Below, one piece after another: positions 1 through 17,605 of a DNA stretch of 64,000 nucleotides. This DNA comes from Macrostomum lignano. Taxonomy: Eukaryota. Positions within the stretch are counted from its first letter, which is position 1. Each line of letters opens with the position of its first letter. The stretch is from positions 1 to 64,000 of the forward strand of contig NIVC01000974.1 of the NCBI GenBank assembly GCA_002269645.1, written 5' to 3'. The notes below the pieces were generated by a model. The model ran no database searches and was not told the origin of the DNA. It saw nothing but the letters and a program-made list of their open reading frames with translations. A program made the translations under genes and the position numbers.

Positions 1-2168
1 GTGCCGAAGCCGTTCAGCATCACAGCGTCCTCGTTTGTCTGCTCCGAGAAGGCGAACATTACGCCATCGACTAGCTGTTCTTCGAGACGCGAGTCAACCT
101 CAGTGGCACCCAGATTGTTGAGCACCTTCTCAACCGTATCCATGACCATTTTGCGATACTGCTCAGATGGCTCTTTGAGATCGTCCACAATTCGATTGAG
201 AATCTCTGCCGAACCAACTTTGTTGGCAATCTCGACTGTGGTGTCCACCAATTGGCGGTAGTTCCGCCTGTCCGAGGCCATCTTCTGGGTCCAGAAGTGC
301 TTGAAAAATGACGGCAAAATGTCTTTCTTGATGTAAGCCGGCTCAACACCCTCGTGGAGCAGCACTGTTTCACTACTTTGAGCACAATTTTCTTCATCTC
401 TTCGTCAGGCGACTGGAACTCGCGGATTAAGATGAGCATAACCTCGCGAGTATAATAATTGGCGTACTCGGCGTCCATTAAGGGAATGAGGTAGCCAATG
501 GCTTTGAGAAAAGCGGCCAGACCTTTGCCTCGGTGGGTACGGATGCCTTTCCATAGCGGTTTGAGCACGGTATCAAACGACTCAATGCCGTAGGGCGTGG
601 CGGACTCGGCCAGAGCTGCCAGAGCCAGAGCGGTGATAGTTCGCACCTTCTGCTGCTCGTCAACCAGGCCCAGTTCGATAATTTCAACCAGAGAGCGCAG
701 ATGCGGCAGCACAGCGCAGCCCATCAGGATGGCAATCTGTTGCACTATTTTGATACCAGTGTGCCTGGCCTGCCAGCTACGCTTCGACTTGCACACGGCC
801 TTGAGAAACAATAGCAGACTGGGAATGCCTAGCGCTGAGGCCACCACAGCGAAAGCTCTGGCCGTGGTGTTACGCACGTATTCGTCCATGTTCTCCAGAT
901 CCGGACGCATTGTGGTGATCATGGTTGCCAGGCCGGCCGCTTTGGCCAGGTTAGAAATAATCTCGCGGCCTTCTACGCGAGCATAATAGTCTTCATCGAT
1001 GAGCAGCGGCTCAATCACTACCAGGATTTTGTGGACGAACGGCCGCACCAAATCGTCCAGCTTGTAGAGCACCCGGTCAATCACTTTCACAAGCAGGTGG
1101 CGCTCCTGATCCTCCAGTGTCGGCGACATCAACAGCGGCAGGATCTGATTGAAGAGCGGGCCGGCACCGAACTCTCTGGACTTCTCGGTGATCTGGCGGA
1201 GCGCGGATTTGCGCATCGGTGGCGTGCCGTTTTTGATCTTCAACAGCAGAGTCATAATACGACGCTCCCGCAGCTCATCGGCCGACAGGCTGTCCTCGTC
1301 AACATCGGTGAGCAGCTTGTCGAAGTACTGCATATCGTCGGGCTTCAGCATTGGCAGATTGGTGCCTTTAGGCTGCATATCCGCCAAGGCTGTGCCCGTA
1401 GACGTCCGAACATCCGGCGTGGCCATCTTGAAGCCACCGGGCGTCGTCAGCGGAGTCGGCGTTGCAGTCAAACGACGCGGCGTTCGCAGCGGCACATAAC
1501 CAGCCGGCGGAGCCAGCACCTTGTAGCCTTCGGGTAGCATGGCATCCAGATCTTCGTCAGAGAGCGGCCGGTTGCGGTCATCCAGCTCCTTCTGCGCGGA
1601 GAATAGCTGCAGCTGCTCCGGGGTCATGGCGGCGGCTGCAACTGCTGCACTGGGCGTGGCCATCTCCATTGCCTTCACGCCCATCGGAGTCACCCCGCTT
1701 GGGGTCATGACCCCGCCAGGTGTAAAACCGCTCGGCGTGGCCGACGCCGGCGTTGCTACGCTCGGCGTTGCGTCGGCGACATTTGACGGCGTCTCGCCGG
1801 GCGTCTCGTCCCAACGCGAGCGCCGCTTGCCAGTCTGCGGCGTCTCCTGAATCAGGTCGGCGGCGGTCCGGTCCGCGCGCGGCGTCTCGCCCAGCCACCG
1901 GGAGTCGCTTCGTCCCATCTATTTCGCCGGCCCATTGGTGTTGTAGCTGACGGCGTGGCGTCGAAGTGGCCGGGCGTTTCACCCCGAGTTGACATATGTA
2001 CGGGCGTCTCCGCCCACTGCCGCTCGTTGAATTGCCCCGGTGCAGGCGTGGCGTCGCCGCCGCTGATGCGGCCGGGCGTCTCCGCCCACTGACGCACGCT
2101 GGCCGACGGGGTGGCGAGCCGCTGGCCGACATGGCCGACGGGGTGCCGGCATCCGCCTCGAAGCCGGT
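1..2168 (-). CDS. SF3B1: Splicing factor 3B subunit 1, large internal exon (TP-repeat region and HEAT repeats); continues beyond the left edge; 1-nt deletions near 352, 1889 and 2117
   Basis: The translation contains hallmark SF3B1 text (RWDETP repeats, [61 protein letters not shown]). After the shift at about 352 the alternative frame continues [20 protein letters not shown]...[19 protein letters not shown]. The acceptor is ttcttccag at 2169-2170. Confidence 0.97.
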
Positions 2169-2249
2169 CTGGAAGAATTACATGTTAGCGTTTATGTCAT
2201 TTATCTGACATGAGCTTAATATCTATGATCAAACTTTAGTGTAAAAAGT

Positions 2250-2660
2250 GCCACCTAGCAACCAGCCAGGCACCTAGCAACCAATCCCTGAACACCTAGC
2301 AACCAATCCCTGAACACCTAGCAACCAAACCCATAAACACCTTAGCAACCACCGCAGACACCTAACAACCCAACCCATAAACACCCTAGCAACCACCGCA
2401 GACACCTAACAACCAAACCCATAAACACCCTAGCAACCACCGCACGCAGACACCTAAAACCAAACCCATAAACACCCTAGCAACCACCACAGACACCTAA
2501 AAACCAAACCCATAAACACCCTAGCAACCACCACAGACACTAACAACCAAACCCATAAACACCCTAGCAACCACTGCAGACACCTAACAACCAAACCATC
2601 ACCTTAGCAACCACTGCAGACACCTAACAACTAAACCCATAAACACCCTAGCAACCATAC
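2250..2660. repeat. C/A-rich compound minisatellite filling the SF3B1 intron
   Basis: Repeated ACACC(C)TAGCAACC and AAACCCATAA modules in units of about 20-44 bp. Confidence 0.9.
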
Positions 2661-2678
2661 TGAAATACAAAAATCTAC

Positions 2679-2894
2679 CTTCTGGCCTGCGGAGTGTTCC
2701 GCTCTCGGCCGGACGTCCACCGACCGCGTTTCTTGGCCGGCGCAGCCTCCTGCTGCTGCGGCCATCACTGTGCGCAGCTCGCCAGCCTTGAACTTCTCCG
2801 CCATTTGCTGACGCAGCTCGGCCTGTTGCCTGGTCAGCCCTGTGACTGCATTATGTCTCGATACGTCTGCAGGCTGTTGTCCGGCGTTTGCCGC
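2679..2894 (-). CDS. SF3B1: SF3B1 upstream exon (GKTPD...YRDIM...ELRQQMAEKFKAGELR...KKRGRW), frameshifted
   Basis: Bounded by the acceptor tttacag (2895-2896) and the donor GTAGA (2677-2678). Pieces match SF3B1 GGKTPD...EIRQQLAEKAKAGELK...KRKRRWD only if several 1-nt deletions are allowed. Confidence 0.85.
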
Positions 2895-4474
2895 CTGTAA
2901 ATTTTGGACAATGTTGAGTTTCGGGGCGGAAGGGAAAGGGAGCAGAGGGGGAAGAGAAATTTAGTAAACAGATTGTAAAAAACATTTAACAATTACGTTC
3001 GTAAATACATATAGACTAACTCATTTTAATGCTGACTTGAAAATACCTAGTTATTGTAGTTTACCATTTGCACAAAATTGTTAAGCTTCTTCTCAGCTAC
3101 AGTAGAATTTAGCAAATTCAATTTAATAACTTTAGAGCCTAAAAACTGGTTGCAGCGATAAAGACACTCTGGTGCACTCCGGCAGGGCCGACACCGCGGA
3201 GCCAAATGTAGACGAGCGGCCAATGGCTAAAACGGATACTTCAGGATGCAATTCACATTTTAGTGGCTATGATGATGAGTTAACTCTTAGGTACCATCCC
3301 CATAATCCAAAAAGCACACAATTCTTCGGGCTCAATAATTTCGAGTTCAAGCTAACCCGCAGTCGCTGTTGCAGAGCTGAGCGAACAGTCAGCAGCTGAT
3401 TGGCACTCCAGCTCCATCTCTCTCTCTCTCTCCGCTTGAAAAAGAAGAGAAAAGAAACACAAAGCATTGCTGATTTGATGTCTGCTCTGGAAATTTTCAT
3501 AGTTGAAAAAACACACAGCAAACAAACCTCAAAAATTTGTCAGCGCTGGACTGGCAGTCTCTGAGCACCGAGACGCCACCGGCCCATGTTTTCTGGGCTT
3601 GGGGCGGGGGCTCAGGGCGGCTGGCGAGTTGCTAGGGAATGAAAAAAGAATGGGAAAGCCGTAGCCATTGTTAGGGAGTAAAAGATGGCAAACTATTTGC
3701 TTAATACTAGAGCAATAATCCCCCATACAGCAGAGTTTCATCTCATAGCCACTATGAAATTGCATTATCAGTCATTAATTAGTCTGTTCAGCATTGCAGA
3801 AATATAAGCAGGTAGATTGAGTTCAGTAATCAAGCAATTAATTAGGCCAGATTCGCTTACCATCCTGGAACATGTCTGCCCGAGCTGGGAGATCATGCTC
3901 AGCATATTTTTCTGTAGTCTTTCCTGCCAGGTGGCCTGTGAATAAGTTGGGTGGAAAATTTCAATGAAATATGATGCATAACATCGAATATTATAAGAAT
4001 ACACTACATTGCTGTGTATGAATGACATGAATCATACTCATAAAATAAATATTCAATAGCTACTAAGACATTTTATTATTGTAATTAATCTAAATCAAAT
4101 TATTACTAAATGTATATATACCTTGATTGTAATTAATATAGTTAATATTATAACTCAAAAATTTGATATTTATGGAAATATACTTTAGGAAAAAGAGAGG
4201 CAAAGGCAAAAACACTACATCATAGCATTATATACATACCTTATAACAAACTAATATTTACTTTCTTCCCTGACTTAGAGGAAATGAAGTACATTTTCCC
4301 TTATAAATATCACATAGATAGGCTCTACACAAATATAAAAAAGTGCCATGTCAAACAAAAGATCTATTTGGGAATTGCTACAATGTCAAGGCTTGGGGAG
4401 TTGCTAATATTCTGTGACTCTTTGGAAGAATTGCTGAGATGCCAAGGCTGAGGTCAGAAGCTATTAAAAATTAT

Positions 4475-4559
4475 ATTCCATTCTTTGTTAGCTCCCTAAC
4501 AGGGGCACTGATTGCTAGCAATTTATGCTGCCTATTAGGGAGGCAACAAAGAAAGGAAT
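4475..4559. repeat. About 85 bp palindrome (tiny MITE-like hairpin)
   Basis: ATTCCATTCTTTGTTAGCTCCCTAACAGG pairs imperfectly with CCTATTAGGGAGGCAACAAAGAAAGGAAT. Confidence 0.75.
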
Positions 4560-6644
4560 AATTTCTTTACTAAACTACATGCAAGATTTGACTTTCATTG
4601 GAAAAATATTGACAATAAAGGACTTTTCTGCAATTGAAAAATAAAGGACCTTTCTTATAGTTGCAAAGTTCTTTAAGAAAAATGTGATTGAAGAAACTTG
4701 TTTCATTTTTTCTGAAGAAATATTATAACAATAATTTTCTAACACACCTTACTTATAGAAAATTTATTGCTACCAAGAACTACTATTTGTTTTGTTAATA
4801 AAATTTCAGTTCTATGAAACTCTAGTAGCACATGTACTTTTTAATTTTTACTTTTTGCAATGTGTATATAACTTTATATTTGTCAAAGTTTTGAAGTTTT
4901 AGTAAGTAAAGGTTGGTACAAAAGTGGTATGCCAAAACAATTGAAATATCTACTAGTAAGCCAGAAATTTCTAGCATATATATAACCTTCCAAAGTGAGG
5001 CTGAAAAACTATAGCATTTTAGTGATCTATCTATGAGCTTTGATATCCTAATAATTCATCCTATAAGACTTAACATCTTAGAATTTTTAAGAGACAGTAT
5101 TCTTCTTATAAGCCTTGATTTTTGCATTTTTCAAGTTTAAAGATTCTAATTTAGCAATTTTGAATATAGTTTAGATTAAAACAAATAGCAATAAAGTCAC
5201 TAATAACAAATATAAATACTTTATAAAACATTTTATTTTTGGAATAAAAGTAATATCTATTTTGTTAAATTAACAATTTTTATTTCAGAAAAATCCAATT
5301 GATTTAAATATATTTGCTATATTTTATATATATAAGGCTGCACTTCATAGTCTTGTGAAGGCCTTTTTTGGTGAAAATTCCCAGGCACACAAGCTTTAAA
5401 AAATTTGTACTACAAACACAAACTGCAACATAGAGCCTTTTTTATTGACATATAGTCAAGCAGTTAGTGCGTATAGCAAATTGAAAGTCAAAAACTAAAT
5501 TAGCAAAGATATTTTTTGTTTGAAAGAAAAAAGTGTGACAAATTTTATTAAAATGAATTAATATAAGAGAAAAAATAAAATTTTGTCCAATAATAGACTT
5601 TTTATTATGCTTATTTAAAAAAGTTTTTTACATTTGTTGCAACATCAAAAATGTCCTTTATTGTCACAATGCCTTATGGGCCCCTATGTAAAAAGCATAA
5701 CTATTGGCTATACACTCTGTGCAACTTCCACAATAGCCAAAAAATATTTCTATGCAAATGGCATATCCATAAAACTATAGGTAGCACTTAGAATATATAT
5801 TAAGAAGTCTTAATTAGATAAAGATCAAATCTATCAACCATGCTATATGTTGTTTTGATCAATATTATAAAATATGATTATCTATTTTTAGTATTGATTT
5901 CTTGAATAATATGATCATAACTTAGTTTTTAGAAAATTAAGACAAATTTAAATGAAAAAATATTTTAATAAAAATTTAAAAAAAGATGTTTGATCTTATG
6001 GTGTAGTGTTCAATGATCATGTAATTTTTTGTATTTAAAGAAAACAAAAAAATTAAATGACTAAATATAGATATATTTTAGGCCTAGGACTATCATTTGT
6101 AAAAAGTAAAACAAAGTTTAAAACCTAGAAATTATGCTATAGCATAAATACTTTCACATTTTTATCTGTTTAATACTTATATATATAAATTGATAAATTT
6201 ATAACTATAATTGGGCTATTATAATAGGCCTATTCCTATGGGGAAATCCAAAAATCGGGGGCAAGTTTTATGAAAATTCGTTTTTTGGCAATTTGAAAGC
6301 AATAAAGCAATAAAATAAATTTATTCAAGTTTTTAAAAAGTAAAAAAGTCTATTAAAGCACAAATTATTTTGTATAGCTTTATTTTTAATAAAATGATTT
6401 GTTAAAATGGTAAGTTTAATTACAACCTAAAATGAGTCTAATGAAAATGATAGAAAAGCTATAATAATGTATTTTATTAGCTTTAACTATCTTATAATGT
6501 TACACTTTATAATTCTACAACATATTTAACATTATTTTCAAGGGTTTATTTGTTTATCACTTTTGTTACTCTTGACAACGTGTATTTTATAGAGTTCGTT
6601 TGCAATAAATTGTATTCAACATAAGTTTATTATTTAAACATACA

Positions 6645-7175
6645 AATTCCCATAAGGATCGGAAAATTGCATTTTACTCAGCTTCTACTGAAGTGATTTG
6701 GAAAATTCTTTTTTTCCTGCATACACGCCGCGATGATACATGTTTTAGTGTAATTTCATTATTCTTGTCGCTTAATAAGCATACAGTAAGCATCTGATTT
6801 GGAAGCCGGGTAACACATTGGAATTCCCATAAGGATTGGAAAATTGCATTTTACTCAGCTTCTACTAAAGCGATTTGGAAAATTCTTTTTTTCCTGCATA
6901 CACGCCGCGATGATACATCTTTTAGTGTAATTTCATTGTTCTTCGTCGCTTAATAAGCATACAGTAAGCATCTGATTTGGAAGCCGGGTAACACATTGGA
7001 ATTCCCATAAGGATTGGAAAATTGCATTTTACTCAGCTTCTACTAAAGCGATTTGGAAAATTCTTTTTTTTCCTGCATACACGCCGCGATGATACATGTT
7101 TTAGTGTAATTTCATTGTTCTTCATTGCTTAATGAGCATACAGTAAGCATCTGATTAGGATACCGGGTTCACATT
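6645..7175. repeat. Tandem triplication of a 177-178 bp unit
   Basis: AATTCCCATAAGGAT starts at 6645, 6822 and 7000, with near-identical units. Confidence 0.95.
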
Positions 7176-7995
7176 TTGTGGTACCATTTTTTTACCCAAA
7201 ATTTTTAAGTCTAAATATAGGCATATCACAAATACTAATACTATGCAAGTTGATATTTAAATGAAAGAAAACAACTTAAAGATTATTTTGCAACAAGGAA
7301 TTAGCAATATATTTACTTTTAGAGAAAGATGTTTGCTGGCAAACTTTGCACTTTATATTAGTATGAATTTTTGCGAGTTTATATGGTTTTAGAAAAACTT
7401 TGAAATCCTTAGAAATACTTCATCTTTTTGAATTGAATAAAAAGTAAAACACAGATTACTTTCTGTTTTGTAAGTAGTAAAAAAATTAGCCTTCTCTAAG
7501 GCCTACAAGTCTTTAAAATTAATTGTTTAATAATGAAAAAAGTGAAACAAAAAAATGCAAATTGGTCAACTCGGACTTTCAAAATGCTTTTTTGTGGTTT
7601 TTTCTTATTTATTCAACAATATAAAGCATGAAAACAATAGTTTTTATCCAGAACTATTTTCTAAAGACCTATCTATCTTTCAAAAACCTTTTTTAGATAC
7701 ATTACTTTCCATCGAATGTCCGCAGATTTGTTTTACTGTTTTATCCACGTTTTTGGATTTCGCCCTATACAAATAGAAATATAAAACTTTTTTAAATTAA
7801 AAAATTATTTGTATAAACTGCCCTATAATCCTTTCCTTAATCTAGACTCTAGGCATTATGCCTAGTATATGGCATAAGACTGGTATAAATGATGGCATTT
7901 CATCAGTTTTCTTCTAGTGTAACTCTAAGCATAAAATGGACTATGGCCTTCAACTATGTCTATATCCAACTAAATATAAATAAGTAAAAACACTA

Positions 7996-8362
7996 GCAAT
8001 GTCCTACTTTCCCATGTTAAATTAGGCCTATTTTGACCCAAAATTTGAAACCAAACAAACAAGAGCAATTTTTCAAAAGAAAGTGTCAGCCTTCCTGACA
8101 GTGGCTGCAGTTCTGTGAGTGAGTTGGCTATTAGATGATAGGTCGCCAGCCAATGCATAGTCGACTCAGCATCAACTGTTAACAGTACCAGATTGCAGTG
8201 ACTGATCTCAAGGTCACAGAGATTGCCCGATGGCCACAAATTGGCAGGAGGTACAATAGGCTATTTACAAGCGCTTGAGGTCGTCCAGCCATGATTTAGG
8301 GCCTATGCTAAAAATACAAAAATTGGGTCAAAATAATTTAATGTGGGAAACTAGGACATTGC
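7996..8362. mobile_element. MITE-like element with about 50 bp terminal inverted repeats
   Basis: GCAATGTCCTACTTTCCCATGTTAAATT...TATTTTGACCCAA is the inverse of TTGGGTCAAAATAATTTAATGTGGGAAACTAGGACATTGC. Confidence 0.7.
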
Positions 8363-9429
8363 CAAAACACCTTAATAAGCCTTGGTGTCCTGTTCCCCTT
8401 GGGCCTAGGCCCTATGCCAACCAATTTTTTAATTGCACTAGACTATCATCTTATTGGCATCTGCAAAAATACCCCTTTTAAATATAATACAGTTTACAGC
8501 AAAAAATTGTTTAGGCTGCTACCAAATGATTTCTATATAAAAAATATATTTCATAGTATTCAAAATGAAATATACTTACGAGCCACTTTGAGCCATGGCA
8601 AATTTAGTCTAATATTAGAGGTTTTAAGGACAAGGTAAATGTAATCTATATAACTAAGCCTGAGAAGTTACTTCTTTGAACCTAATCCGTACTAATGTTA
8701 CTACTGGTCCTGGTCCTGGACGTCTCGCAATCTTAATATTTATAAACTTAAACGCAATTTAAAAGTTGTTTTATTTAAGTAAAACAAAGTTGAAAGTTAT
8801 AACTATAAAAACCTTTTAAATAAAACCAATTTTAAAAGAATTAGGCAGAAAATTGTTTAACTAACATTATAAATTTTCTTCTTACAAACTAAAGGCCTTA
8901 CTCCCGACAAAGTGGCACTGTACCCAACATAAACTGCATGCTGCGCTTCTATTTTTATGTTGCAACTTGCTTTAATGTGCAGGAACTGACTTGGTGCTGC
9001 TCTAATACTAATTTTGTATCTCTAGGGTACCAGACAAAAAGACGATAATCGTACATGAAGTTGTGAAGTACATGAAAAAAATAAAGTATAATTGACGGGA
9101 TCGATGCACTTGGTAGTTGCTACTTGAAGAGTTTTACATGTATAATATATGTATTATAGTAATTAGGCGGCATCAACAGTTGAAAAATGTCTTTTCCGCG
9201 TGCGAGGCCTCTTCTTGCATACATTTTTTCTCAGGGTATAAGCTTTTAGAATATAAATCCCGGAGGGGAAGAGCACAGAAAAATTAACAATCACCAAAAT
9301 TTTAAAATTTTAGATGTAATTAATGATAGAAATTACCGTAATACTGTATTAAAAAATTACTGTAACGAGACGATCGCAAAAACATCTACCAAGGATTATC
9401 TCGCATAGCTGTAATTTTGGGTGGCCACA

Positions 9430-10060
9430 GTTAATTGCAACAGCTGAATTCAAACGCGCTGGTTATACCCGTGGTGATACATGTAAATACTGAGATGAAC
9501 ATCCCGGACGCAGACGCTGCATGGCAATCGACAACCAAACTTCACCGATGTCAGCAGAATCATCAAAATCGACTGGAGGTCGAGGTATCTACACGTATTA
9601 TACGAGTAATGTACATACATCATGTACAATTTTGGTTCACATCGTTTTCGACGTTCTGCAGCGTCGGCGCTCCTGCCTTGTCAGGGGCTTATATACGTAC
9701 ATATACTTTCGCTCTAGTTCCTTAGTCAGACCCTACCTAATCATCATTACAAACCTGTTCTGATCAGACGATACATGTATATGCTGTAGTCGAGACCGTC
9801 CTGCTCTACAACATTGGATCGGACGCTGACACAAACTCGGTCGCTTGAATAGCATTTCAAAACTAGGCCGGCTCCGGAACAGGCCACCATAGACAAAGTT
9901 GTTATCGCATCGCTACATCCTAACTGACCTCGCCTCCCTTCACTGATCTGCACCTCCGTCTACCAGCCAGTCCCTCAGCTGCCTGCCCCACTGCACGAGC
10001 TCGTCAAGTACATGCTGCACACGACAGAAAAGCAGAAAAACCAGAAAAAATTCGGCCTCA
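9430..10060 (+). mobile_element. Highly decayed RTE-type non-LTR retrotransposon fragment (3' part of RT)
   Basis: Broken frames give NTEMNIPD...KLHRCQQ and AVVETVLLYN...TLT, paralleling RLPRCQKFVYLGG and QAVIETILLYNAETWTL in the RTE copy at 55.7-56.6 kb. Confidence 0.5.
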
Positions 10061-10378
10061 ACAGAGAGCGGATTGTATGGACGCATCTGAGTTCCCTCCT
10101 AGCAGTGACTCTGTCCCAGCTCCAGTGGTGCGCACCTTACGAGCGTACAATCCCATCAACTATGCATGACCCCTGCTTGCCCGCCGTGCTCCAAAAAATT
10201 CCGTTGAACATCTAGCTATTCCAGTGCCCTGCCTTTCCAACGACGCTGACCATTCAAAATCCAAAGATCCCCAAGTATTTTATCGATTAATTTGTACATG
10301 TACATTGCGCGTGGGGGGCTTGTCTGGGTTTTGGATTAGGGGTGTTGTTGTTATCTGTTTACCTACCAATTAAATATA

Positions 10379-10677
10379 TACTCAGCAACATTGAAAAGTC
10401 GCCACCCTTTGCCATAGTGAGCAGTGTCTTTCGACCAGCGTCTATCACCTGGCCAACCATTTTGATATTGAAAATACTTGAAAAAACAATGAAAAAAACA
10501 ATGAAAACCGGGCGAAAGCTTCAGTCAATCCGATATTCGCCCTCCGCTCTTCCTAATCCCTCCTCACCCAGCCCAACTTTGCATCGCGTGGCGCAAGTTG
10601 CGTCACTCAAAAGTCAATACTGAGCTGGAATTTACTGCGCACTCTCAAAGGTGGTGACTTTTTAATGTTGTTGAGTG
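10379..10677. mobile_element. Tc1/mariner-type MITE with TA target-site duplication
   Basis: TIR TACTCAGCAACATTGAAAAGTCGCCACC is the inverse of GGTGGTGACTTTTTAATGTTGTTGAGTG. TA flanks both ends (10377-10378 and 10678-10679). Confidence 0.75.
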
Positions 10678-11620
10678 TACGAGTATGCTTACACTTGCAG
10701 TCAGCGGCCGCTCGCTCTTTCCCTCCCTCGTTGCTTCGCTTCTCGCTCTAGGCTCGCGAACCCCTTAGCTATCCGGCCTCCTTGCCTCAACTCTCCCGCC
10801 GCCTACCTCGGCCCAATTAATTAATCAACTGATCCCGATCCTAGCAATTTTCTATATCTAAATCTAAGCTGTCTTAAGCAACACTATAAGTCTAAGGGTG
10901 GAAGCGGCCTGCCGATCTGCTAAACTAAATCGTGAACTATCTAATTACCCGCTACACAAAAACGTCTTCCCGCCTTTATTCGTCACAGCCTAAAATTTTT
11001 TCGACATATTTCAAATAAATTTAGCTCGTTAGAAAGAGAGACGTTCGTTTTGTGCTGTAAAAGCAAAAAGATCTCACAGGGTCTAAAAAAAGTGTAACAA
11101 AAAGTGCCTAATCAAGGACTTACTAAAGTAGGACATGAAACTGTGTTACTCTGTTACACATTTTGTTACACAGTCATTAAGCTAATAATGATAGAATAGA
11201 TTTAAAAAACCAATGAGTCGAGCTTTGCCATTTTATGATTTTTAAGGTACAGTAAAGTGCGGTTGTACGTAGCTCGTAGAATATAAAATTGACATTGAAA
11301 TCTAATTTTATCAATAAAAGTTTCCTGAATAATAGGGCTATCAAAAGATAAACATTGGGTCTCCTTTAGATCAAAAGCAATAACAATTTTTGTGCTGAAA
11401 ATTGGAAACCTCTTATCTCCGTAAGGTATTTCCACATATTATTATTATTAAACGTATTTCCTTATCGGACAGAATCGCGATCTAGGTAAAAATCCTATCG
11501 TATATCGAGTTTCATTTTGTTTTTGTTTCAGTCAGAACAAACTTTCATTAATAAGCCATCACTCTAAAAGAGAAGAAAAATGATGCGAGTTACACACAAT
11601 TTTAATCCGCAATTCGGCAG

Positions 11621-16715
<5,095 letters not shown>

Positions 16716-16789
16716 TGAGATTGACGCTCTAGGGCTTGATCTGATGATCAGGGGGAGGGCAGCGAAATCGAGGGTAACGAATCGAAACA

Positions 16790-17605
16790 AGGGCAACTCA
16801 TCAAATGGAGGGCAACGCATCAAATGGAGGGCAACGCATCAAATGGAGGGCAACGCATCAAATGGAGGGCAACGCATCAAATGGAGGACAACTCATCAAA
16901 TGGAGGGCAACGCATCAAATGGAGGGCAACTCATCAAATGGAGGGCAACGCATCAAATGGAGGGCAACGAATCTAAGGGAGGGCAACTCATCAAATGGAG
17001 GGCAACGAATCTAATGGAGGGCAACGCATCAAATGGAGGGCAACGAATCTAAGGGAGGGTAACGAATCTAATGGAGGGCAACGCATCAAATGGAGGGCAA
17101 CGAATCTAAGGGAGGGTAACGAATCTAATGGAGGGTAACGATCTAAGGGAGGGTAACGAATCTAAGGGAGGGTAACGATCTAAGGGATGGGAACGAATCT
17201 AATGGAGGGTAACGAATCTAAGGGAGGGTAACGAATCTAAGGGAGGGTAACGATCTAAGGGATGGGAACGAATCTAAGGGAGGGTAACGAATCTAAGGGA
17301 GGGTAACGAATCTAAGGGAGGGTAACGATCTAAGGGATGGGAACGAATCTAAGGGAGGGTAACTAATCTAATGGAGGGTTACGAATCTAAGGGAGGGTAA
17401 CGAATCTAAGGGAGGGTAACGAATCTAAGGGAGGGTAACGAATCTAAGGGAGGGTAACGATCTAAGGGATGGGAACGAATCTAAGGGAGGGTAACGAATC
17501 TAAGGGAGGGTTACGAATCTAAGGAGGGTAACGAATCTAAGGGAGGGTAACGAATCTAAGGGAGGGTAACTAATCTAAGGGAGGGTAACTAATCTAATGG
17601 AGAGT
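16790..17605. repeat. 19 bp minisatellite with a sequence gradient (ATCAAATGGAGGGCAACGC to AATCTAAGGGAGGGTAACG)
   Basis: Direct reading. Confidence 0.95.

Larger units (their letters stand above)
3770..8900. mobile_element. AT-rich, CpG-depleted block, probably decayed transposon material
   Basis: Abrupt drop in GC, one CpG in 3987-6255, stop-riddled coding-like text near 4170-4700, and nested inverted repeats. The family was not identified. Confidence 0.45.

Noticed and set aside
480-960. SF3B1 cancer-hotspot or branch-point-altering substitutions
   Set aside because: The positions equivalent to E622, R625, H662, K666, K700 and G742 (and D781 just outside this span) all read as wild type.
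478-1850. Plus-strand and off-frame ORFs overlapping SF3B1
   Set aside because: These are shadows of a GC3-rich coding strand. The same applies to the antisense ORFs over the K2P, DEG/ENaC, GPCR and RTE sequences.
4172-4700. GKRGKGK-like text as a P-loop of a Polinton packaging ATPase
   Set aside because: It needs frameshifts to assemble, and the downstream motifs are unconvincing.
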